NCBI GenBank assembly: GCA_050298815.1 | Contig: JBNKUV010000091.1 | Span: forward strand, 70,633-102,632 | Length of the DNA stretch: 32,000 bases | Direction: 5' to 3' | Origin: Polyangiaceae bacterium | GTDB lineage: Bacteria > Myxococcota_A > Polyangia > Polyangiales > Polyangiaceae | The notes under the pieces: generated by a model | The model's database searches: none | Seen by the model: the letters and a program-made list of their open reading frames with translations, nothing else | What the model was told of the DNA's origin: nothing | Position numbers and translations under genes: made by a program | Shown: positions 1 to 5,972 of the stretch, piece after piece | Position numbering within the stretch: the stretch's first letter is position 1 | Layout of the letters: every line of letters begins with the position of its first letter

Positions 1-810
1 CCAGGAGGCATGAACATGTGGGTTCTTTCATATCGCAACGACATCGTCGCCATGGCCGAAGCTCAAGGTACGCTCCCGCTGCCTGATGGCAGCTTGATCG
101 TCAAAGAGAACTATCCATCGAGCGATGCACCGACGCCGATGGCGTTGACGATCATGTCCAAACAGGACGGTGCTTGGTTCTGGCTGCAGTCCACGCCCAA
201 CGGCGAAGTGTTGCTCGATCCCGAGGGGAACCCGATGGAAGGCACCGACGTCCCCATGTGTGTCACCTGTCACACGGCGGCGGAAGAGAACGACTTCGTG
301 TACCTCCACGACTTCAGCGAACCGACGGGCCCGATGACGGTCGAGCCCGACGTGGCAACCCAAGAAGTGCTCGACGCGATCGAGGGATATGTCGAGTGGA
401 ATACATTCGACGAGAATTCAGAGTTGATGCAGTCATCGGGCCATATTCCCAACGGCAACGCGATGTTCGTCATTTCCTACAAGAATGCCGTCGTTGACGC
501 GGCGGAGCAGGACGGCACGTTGCCGCTGCCCGACGGTAGCTTGATCGTCAAGGAGAACTACCCGACAATGGACGCGCCGACGCCGATGGCGTTGACCGTT
601 ATGGCGAAGCGAGATGGCGCGTGGTTCTGGCTTCAGTCCACCCCTGGAGGTGACGTGATGCTGGACCCAGATGGTAATCCCATGGCTGGTGCCGACGTAC
701 CGATGTGTGTGACCTGTCACGCCGCCGTCGAAGGCAACGACTATGTCTACCTCCACGACTTCGGCGCCCCAGCTGGCGGTGACGCCGGAGTGCCCGACGC
801 GGGTGAGTAG
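1..810 (+). CDS. Tandem cytochrome P460-like haem-c domain protein, 5' end outside window
   Basis: Two about 120-aa tandem repeats share LPLPDGSLIVKENYP, DGAWFWLQSTP and PMCVTCH (CXXCH) followed by ND(F/Y)VYLHDF, the P460-type order of motifs. The frame is open to nt 1. PGGMNMWVLSY at the start parallels PNGNAMFVISY before repeat 2, so the gene continues upstream. Confidence 0.7.
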   Translation, partial: PGGMNMWVLSYRNDIVAMAEAQGTLPLPDGSLIVKENYPSSDAPTPMALTIMSKQDGAWFWLQSTPNGEVLLDPEGNPMEGTDVPMCVTCHTAAEENDFVYLHDFSEPTGPMTVEPDVATQEVLDAIEGYVEWNTFDENSELMQSSGHIPNGNAMFVISYKNAVVDAAEQDGTLPLPDGSLIVKENYPTMDAPTPMALTVMAKRDGAWFWLQSTPGGDVMLDPDGNPMAGADVPMCVTCHAAVEGNDYVYLHDFGAPAGGDAGVPDAGE

Positions 811-824
811 CAAGCGATCGAGCC

Positions 825-862
825 CGCGACACGCGCGCGCCGTCAGTGCGCGTCGTGTCGCG
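825..862. terminator. GC-rich hairpin 15 nt after the P460 gene stop, no U-tract
   Basis: 825-833 pairs with 854-862 (9 bp). 834-840 pairs with 846-852 (7 bp including one G-U). There is a 1-nt bulge (853) and a 5-nt loop. No T-run follows on either strand. Confidence 0.3.
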
Positions 863-984
863 TGCTGAGTCGCCCGGCGCCGGTCACTCCACGACCACGT
901 TGTCGATGTAGATGTCGACGCCGGCTGGGGGGGAGCTCTGCGCGGCATCCCATGCTGCGCGCAAGTCCGCGAGGCGGGCCTGGG

Positions 985-1176
985 GCTGAGGCAGCGGCTG
1001 AGGCGGCTGAGGCTGAGGCTGAGGCTGAGGCAGTGGCTGAGGCTGAGGCAGTGGCTGAGGCTGAGGCTGAGGCGGCACCTGGTGCGGAGGCAGCAGCGGA
1101 GACGGTGGCGGCGCTGCCGGAGGGTTGTGTTCTTGCCCGGGGGCGCACCTTCTGCGCCACCTCTGGCGTGGTTCGT
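985..1176 (+). repeat. Composite repeat copy 1: (GAGGCT)n hexanucleotide tract (985-1073) plus conserved core (1074-1176)
   Basis: The left edge GCTGAGGCAGCGGC is shared with 3859 and 11488. Core 1098-1141 is 44/44 identical to 11613-11656. Core 1074-1176 aligns to 3897-4005 with 7 substitutions and 2 indels (hand alignment). Confidence 0.85.
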
Positions 1177-1242
1177 TAACCTACGGTGGGTCGGTGTCAC
1201 AGAAGCTGCGCTGGGAGGGGCATGAACACAACCCTCCGGCAG
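1114..1242 (+). promoter_or_regulatory. Long imperfect hairpin covering the ribosome-binding region and start codon of the four-helix-bundle gene
   Basis: A perfect 19-bp inverted repeat joins 1114-1132 and 1224-1242. It extends by 5 more bp (1134-1138 with 1218-1222) after one mismatch. A second helix pairs 1143-1154 with 1200-1211 (11/12). ATG 1222-1224 lies inside the stem. Confidence 0.6.
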
Positions 1243-1560
1243 CAACTGCTCAAGCAAGTCATCACCATCATTCAACAAGCACGTCCACTAGTCGCGGATA
1301 TCGAACGCAAAGATCGAGACCTCGGGACTCAACTCAAACGCTCGCTCAATAGTGTGGCACTCAACGTGTCCGAAGCCTTCGGCGGGCGAGCAGGCAATGC
1401 ACGCCTCAGCTTCCGTCGAGCGCTCGGTGAACTGTATGAGTCGCAAGCCGCTCTGCAGCTGGGCGCGGCGTGGGGATACGTGGCAGCTGCAGACGCGCAA
1501 GCGTCGGTGGATGCGCTGAGTGCGCTGGGGGCTCGCCTTTATGGGTTGTCGCAACGGTGA
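1222..1560 (+). CDS. Four-helix-bundle protein (23S rRNA intervening-sequence protein / Avd-like family)
   Basis: LGTQLKRSLNSVALNVSEAFGGRAGNARLSFRRALGELYESQAALQLGAAWGYV matches the family pattern QLxRAxxSIxxNIAEGxGR...F...A.GSL.E....L.....GY. About 112 aa. GGGAGGGG lies just upstream of ATG 1222. The track ORF starts at GTG 1186. Confidence 0.75.
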   Translation: MNTTLRQQLLKQVITIIQQARPLVADIERKDRDLGTQLKRSLNSVALNVSEAFGGRAGNARLSFRRALGELYESQAALQLGAAWGYVAAADAQASVDALSALGARLYGLSQR

Positions 1561-1877
1561 GGGGCGAGAAGCTGTGAGCTTTCTATGCTGGCGTTCGCGG
1601 TTCGGGTCTTGCTGGAGGCGCTCCCCGCTCCGTCCAGGCGGCTGCTGCGTCCGCTCTGAATGGACTGAGGCCTGGTCGCTATTCCTGCCACCGGCGCTCG
1701 AACCGCCGCCTGCCGCCATTGTCTCACCAAGCGACGCGGCACGTGTCGCCAGCTCACACAGCGCAAACCCGCGTCGCGCTGTGGCGGTCTGGAAACAAAC
1801 GAACACCCCGGGGGAGTCCGCCGGCTGCGGGTTGGGAACGAGTTGACCGGCTCGGTTGCCGAGGCTACATTGCGTTG

Positions 1878-3491
1878 ATGCCGAGAGAGTGCAGGGGGCG
1901 GCTCGCAGCCTTCGGATGTGGGGTCTTGGTCGCTTGCTCGAGTGAGTCCGGGGAAAGCGTGCAGACCGGGGGCGAGCACGATTTCGAAACGTTCAACGTC
2001 GACCGCCAAGAAAGGTTCGACGAGTGGAAGCGACTGAACCCCCTAGAGGCCATCGTCGATCCCAGCGTCGACACGCCTGCCGACGCACCCTTTGCGGCTG
2101 GTCAGCGGCGCAACGTCGGAGATGCCGATACGGCGTACGAGCACCTCTACTACCCCTCGGGTATCGCCATGCCAGGTGACTTGGACGGTGACGGTCTTGG
2201 AGACATCGTGATCTGGGAGTTCGACCCTGATAGCGTGCCCGAAACGCCTGACGCTGACGAGACAGGGATCTCGCCTGCCCTCGGCAGAGCACTGATCCAT
2301 GTGATCTACGGCGATCCGGAACTGGGCGAGAACCTGCTAGCACCAGACGCTACGTTCACGAGCCCCTACGTGGACACCCTACGGAGTGCTGTGAGCAGTA
2401 CTAGCAAGAGTGGGTCGCGAGGCAGTGACCTGCTGGTTGGGGTGGGAACCGGTGGCTGCTGGCAAGGTCATGTGTACTCGATTCCTGGGGGTAAACGGTA
2501 CGCGGGTCACAGTGACATTCGCGACGTCGGCGCCTTGATTCGCGAAACGACAGATTGCACCGGGTTCGGTCTCGTCAGTGGCCTCGGGGATATCGACGGT
2601 GACGGATACGAAGACTTTGCCATCGGCGCCCCCGAAGCGACCAACGCCGAAGACGAGGCAGCCATGGGGCGTGTGTACCTCTACTACGGCGCTGAGGTTG
2701 TAGGTGACCGACGCAGCGAGGCCGATGCGGCGGGTTACTTCTTCAATGCTAGCGCCCCCTGGGGCAGCGCCCACGCGGCGGGTGACGTCAACGGGGATGG
2801 ACTCATGGACTTCGTGCTGGGCAGCGAAGTCCGCAGTTTGCATGAGACCTGGAGTGTGAGTAGACGCGATGAAGCTTGGTTGGTGCTCGGGCAGCGGGTT
2901 CCCTTTGAGGGCGCTATCGATGTCACGACCGTCGGAACGCGACTCCCCGGCAAGGGCGCCATCGGCTTGGGCGACCTAGACGAGGACACGTTCAGTGAGC
3001 TCGGCATGCTCCTGCAGGATGAGCAAGCGGTTGGCGCCGGAATCTTCGCTGGCCGCGATGATTGGCAGAACGCCGACCCGGCGCGCGACCTCACCTGGGT
3101 CGAGTCTCCGCAGACATCGAGGCAAAACCCCACGCTGCTGGCCGCTGGGGACGCGAATGGCGACGGGTTGCTCGACGTCTTGTACGCTGACCCTACTTAC
3201 GGCACCGAAGCTGATTGCGAAGGAGTGGGCGCCGTTTACCTGCTACCAGGCCCGTTCGACCTCACGCGGACAGAGCTTTCGCTGGATGAAGGGATCGCAT
3301 TCCTCGGACAGCGTTGGCGCCCTGAACATGACCTCGAGGACAACTGCGAGGAGAGGAGGGACCACGTCGGAGTGCTTCTCGCCGCGGGTAGCGACGTGAA
3401 CGGCGACGGTATGGACGACTTTCTGCTGACTGCGCCGGGTGGACTTCGGCAGGGCGTGACGCACCTTTGGCTCGGGCGTCCAACGCAATGA
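1878..3491 (+). CDS. FG-GAP / integrin-alpha-like repeat lipoprotein (beta-propeller)
   Basis: Repeated Ca-binding DxDGDGxxD motifs: DLDGDGLGD, DIDGDGYED, DVNGDGLMD, DANGDGLLD, DVNGDGMDD. N-terminus MPRECRGRLAAFGCGVLVAC has a lipobox LVAC. ATG at 1878. Confidence 0.8.
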   Translation: MPRECRGRLAAFGCGVLVACSSESGESVQTGGEHDFETFNVDRQERFDEWKRLNPLEAIVDPSVDTPADAPFAAGQRRNVGDADTAYEHLYYPSGIAMPGDLDGDGLGDIVIWEFDPDSVPETPDADETGISPALGRALIHVIYGDPELGENLLAPDATFTSPYVDTLRSAVSSTSKSGSRGSDLLVGVGTGGCWQGHVYSIPGGKRYAGHSDIRDVGALIRETTDCTGFGLVSGLGDIDGDGYEDFAIGAPEATNAEDEAAMGRVYLYYGAEVVGDRRSEADAAGYFFNASAPWGSAHAAGDVNGDGLMDFVLGSEVRSLHETWSVSRRDEAWLVLGQRVPFEGAIDVTTVGTRLPGKGAIGLGDLDEDTFSELGMLLQDEQAVGAGIFAGRDDWQNADPARDLTWVESPQTSRQNPTLLAAGDANGDGLLDVLYADPTYGTEADCEGVGAVYLLPGPFDLTRTELSLDEGIAFLGQRWRPEHDLEDNCEERRDHVGVLLAAGSDVNGDGMDDFLLTAPGGLRQGVTHLWLGRPTQ

Positions 3492-3850
3492 CCCGCTACG
3501 CACCTGGTTGCGCCCCTTCTGCACGACGCGTCCTCTTTGCGGTGGCACTCACGTTAGCAACCAGCTGCGGTGCCCGCACGGACCTCCCGAACGCCTCCGC
3601 CACGCTCGCTCCTGGAGAGCCTGAGCCCGAGTCGCCCAGCCCACCCGCAAGCGATGGGGTGACAGGAGCCGGCGCTTCTTCCGGACCGACTACCGAAGAC
3701 CTCGCGGACCCTGCGAACGACGAAACGCTGAACGTGACCTGCGGCGTCAACACCTGCCGCCGAGACGAGATCTGTTGCAACGAGAGATGTGGTGTGTGCG
3801 CTTTTCCCGGCGAGTGCACCCAGCGTGCGTGTGCCGGGGAACAGCGCTGA
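3488..3850 (+). CDS. Small Cys-rich lipoprotein, translationally coupled to the FG-GAP gene
   Basis: ATGA start/stop overlap at 3488-3491. Signal peptide with lipobox (LATSC). Low-complexity linker. C-terminal CGVNTCRRDEICCNERCGVCAFPGECTQRAC contains 8 Cys. Confidence 0.6.
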   Translation: MTRYAPGCAPSARRVLFAVALTLATSCGARTDLPNASATLAPGEPEPESPSPPASDGVTGAGASSGPTTEDLADPANDETLNVTCGVNTCRRDEICCNERCGVCAFPGECTQRACAGEQR

Positions 3851-3858
3851 GCAAACGG

Positions 3859-4007
3859 GCTGAGGCAGAGGCGGCTCCTGGTGCAGAGGCAGGAGCGGCA
3901 CCTGGTGCGGAGGCAGCAGCGGCGGCGGAGACGGTGGCGGAGCTGCCGGAGCGTTGTGCTCTTGCCCGGGGCGCACCTTCTGTGCCACCGCTGGCATTGT
4001 TCGATAG
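3859..4007 (+). repeat. Composite repeat copy 2: hexamer tract almost absent, core present, ends at 4007
   Basis: Begins 9 nt after the stop of the Cys-rich gene with GCTGAGGCAGAGGCGGCT. Core 3897-4005 matches 1074-1176. It has a 6-nt insertion (CGGCGG) and a 1-nt deletion in the G-run after CCC. Confidence 0.8.
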
Positions 4008-4204
4008 CTCGAGTCTCCCGACTACCGCGCAGAGTCACGCGCAGTCTGAGCGCATCGTCAACCAGGTTCGTACCGATGCCAACCGGAGGTGATGACCTGG
4101 ACGGACGTCTTACTCCAGCTGTTTGGCGATAAGACCGAACCGTCTCGAGGCAGCGCGATACCAGCGGAAGGTCGATGGGGCCGTCAGCGCCCACGCTCAG
4201 CTCG

Positions 4205-4234
4205 CCGTCCGACGGCATATTATCCGTCGGACGG
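4205..4234. terminator. Perfect 11-bp stem hairpin between the repeat copy and the SDR gene 3' end
   Basis: CCGTCCGACGG-catattat-CCGTCGGACGG followed by TTT on the + strand. It lies 11 nt beyond the SDR stop on the - strand. Confidence 0.45.
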
Positions 4235-4245
4235 TTTGGATGGAC

Positions 4246-4977
4246 TCAACCAACTTGGTGATGCATGTCGTGCACCAGTTTCTCCAGTTGGCGGTAACCT
4301 CCCTTCCATACTTCGAACATCTGGCGTCCACCAGGATCGGGAAAGATGTCAGCTTCGCCGGCCGCCAGTCCATCGACGATGTGCTTCGCGGTGTCTTCTG
4401 GCGTCGCCTTGCCCATGGCGAGGGGGCGAGCCATGTCCGTATCGATGGGTCCTGGATTAACGGTGTGCACCCTGATACCCCGCGGTGCCAACTCGATTCG
4501 AATACCCTGCGAGGCGGAGAAAAGGGCGGCTTTGGACGCACTGTAGCCTCCGAGACCCGGGAAGTTGACGAACGCTGCCATGGTCACGACGTTGACGATC
4601 GTCGCCTCCGGCTTGCCTTCGAGCACGGGGATGAATGCCCGCATCATGTCGAGAGTCCCGTAGTAGTTGGTACGCATGTCCCGCTCGAACAGTTCTGGCT
4701 CTCGGCCCAGCAGGCTCGTGAATGCAGCCACGCCGGCGTTGTTCACCAACACCGAGACGTCGCGGGCGGCCTCGGCCGCGGCAGCGACCTGAGCGGAGTC
4801 GGTGATGTCGAGCTGCAGCGGGACGACCCGCGGGTCGTCGAAAGCGCGCAACGTTTCTAGCTTGCGCGCCGTTGCGTACACTTTCGCCGCGCCCCGATTC
4901 AAGAATTCGGTAACGAGGGCTCGGCCGATGCCGCGGTTGGAGCCAGTGACCACCACTGTTTTGTTCTCGATCTGCAT
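4246..4977 (-). CDS. SDR-family (short-chain dehydrogenase/reductase) oxidoreductase
   Basis: TGSNRGIGRA (TGxxxGxG cofactor motif), NNAG, YSASK (YxxxK catalytic). Start taken at MQIENK. An upstream in-frame ATG at 5004 is possible. Confidence 0.85.
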   Translation of the reverse strand: MQIENKTVVVTGSNRGIGRALVTEFLNRGAAKVYATARKLETLRAFDDPRVVPLQLDITDSAQVAAAAEAARDVSVLVNNAGVAAFTSLLGREPELFERDMRTNYYGTLDMMRAFIPVLEGKPEATIVNVVTMAAFVNFPGLGGYSASKAALFSASQGIRIELAPRGIRVHTVNPGPIDTDMARPLAMGKATPEDTAKHIVDGLAAGEADIFPDPGGRQMFEVWKGGYRQLEKLVHDMHHQVG

Positions 4978-5072
4978 GAGTTTGCCTTTCTGAGAGGGAG
5001 GCACTACGCCTCCGACCCGTTAGGTCTAGGATGTGCAAGAGAGCTCCGCTCTATGCATTTTTCCTGGATTGA

Positions 5073-5088
5073 TGTGCGTATTTGCACA
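5073..5088. promoter_or_regulatory. Dyad TGTGC-N6-GCACA in the SDR/LysR divergent intergenic region, candidate LysR-type operator
   Basis: Perfect 5-bp arms, AT-rich centre, 12 nt upstream of the LysR ATG. Assigned by position only. Confidence 0.3.
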
Positions 5089-5099
5089 ATGCTTCCCGC

Positions 5100-5966
5100 A
5101 TGAATTGGGATGACATGCGGGTATTTTTGGCGGTGTGTCAGACGGGTTCGCTCAGCGCGGCCGGCGCAAGCTTGGACATGAATCACACCACCGTCGGGCG
5201 CCGAATCGCAGCCCTCGAAGACGTGCTCGATACCAGGCTGTTCGACCGAAGTCGTGGCGGCTATTCGATGACCCAAGCCGCCGAAGAAATCTTCGGTCGT
5301 GCTCGTCTGATGGAAGAGCAAACTCAGGCCATATTGCGCGAGAACGTCGGAAGAGACCGGGAGCTCCGGGGTAGCCTCGTTCTCACCGTACCGTCGGACT
5401 TTGCGGACAACGTGCTGGTCCCACACCTGGGAAAATTTCTGCGCCGTTATCCTGGCATCGAGTTGGAGCTATCGACGAGCCTGAACCTCGCAAACCTCGA
5501 CGCACGTGACGCCGATCTGGCGTTGCGGGTTACCAAGGCGCCACCAGACCATCTGGTAGGCCGTCGCGTGTACCCCTTGTGCCTGGGTGTGTACGGTAGT
5601 CGGAAGTATCTCGACAAGAACGGACCCAAGGAACTGATCTTGCATCGCGGTGAGCGCAAGCCTCCCAAATGGACCCAAGCATTCCCGCACGCGAAGCTCT
5701 GCTGCCGCATCGATAGCGTGGCATCCCAGCATCGCGCCGTGCGAGCGGGGCTCGGCATTTCGCGTCTACCTTGCTTCATCGGCGACGGCGACTCTTCCCT
5801 CCTACGCTTGCCCGTCGAAGTTTACACCGATTGGGGGATCTGGGTTCTCCACCACGCCGATCTCCGCGCCACTGCGCGTGTCCGCGCATGCCGCGACTTC
5901 CTGTACGAGGTACTCGAGCAGCAGCGTTCCCTGCTGTTGGGTGAAAACTCTCGGTACTTCGAGTGA
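5100..5966 (+). CDS. LysR-family transcriptional regulator
   Basis: N-terminal wHTH MNWDDMRVFLAVCQTGSLSAAGASLDMNHTTVGRRIAALE. About 290 aa. Divergent from the SDR gene, the classic LTTR arrangement. Confidence 0.85.
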   Translation: MNWDDMRVFLAVCQTGSLSAAGASLDMNHTTVGRRIAALEDVLDTRLFDRSRGGYSMTQAAEEIFGRARLMEEQTQAILRENVGRDRELRGSLVLTVPSDFADNVLVPHLGKFLRRYPGIELELSTSLNLANLDARDADLALRVTKAPPDHLVGRRVYPLCLGVYGSRKYLDKNGPKELILHRGERKPPKWTQAFPHAKLCCRIDSVASQHRAVRAGLGISRLPCFIGDGDSSLLRLPVEVYTDWGIWVLHHADLRATARVRACRDFLYEVLEQQRSLLLGENSRYFE

Positions 5967-5972
5967 AGGAGT

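Noticed and set aside
985-1073. The (GAGGCT)n tracts (also 11488-11610) considered as a CRISPR array
   Set aside because: The unit is 6 nt with no unique spacers and no cas genes. It is a microsatellite, not a repeat-spacer array.
884-1078. Minus-strand Pro/Gln-rich ORFs across the repeats (884-1078, 3554-3997, 11408-11854) as real proline-rich proteins
   Set aside because: They are the reverse reading of the hexamer tract. The frame is not conserved between copies because of the 1-nt indel in the core, and there is no credible N-terminus. The short non-repeat tails (…VDIYIDNVVVE*, …YRFQFQVLD*) might be relics of disrupted genes, but that cannot be supported.
1114-1242. Retron msr/msd locus (inverted repeats flanking a structured region in a likely myxobacterium)
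   Set aside because: No reverse transcriptase gene follows. The downstream ORF is a 112-aa helical-bundle protein, and the right arm is coding sequence.
433-1278. Long ORFs overlapping recognised genes or lying in decayed non-coding DNA: 433-1278(-), 4123-4860(+), 6685-7665(-), 7149-7871(+), 8380-9342(-), 9492-10280(-), 10624-11208(-), 16415-16996(-), 17092-17652(-), 29133-29783(-), 29311-30075(+)
   Set aside because: They have Arg/Ser/Pro/Ala/Gly-rich composition and no recognisable motifs. Nearly all lie opposite, or out of frame within, ORFs with clear family motifs (29133-29783 spans mostly non-coding DNA). These are typical shadow ORFs of GC-rich DNA.
1222-1564. Diversity-generating retroelement: an Avd-like four-helix-bundle gene, with the 115-nt pair 1450-1564 and 29417-29531 as template and variable repeats
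   Set aside because: Only one of the 5 mismatches involves an adenine, so there is no A-specific mutagenesis pattern. No reverse transcriptase ORF is in the window. The duplicated segment is the gene's own 3' end, not a target-gene C-terminus.
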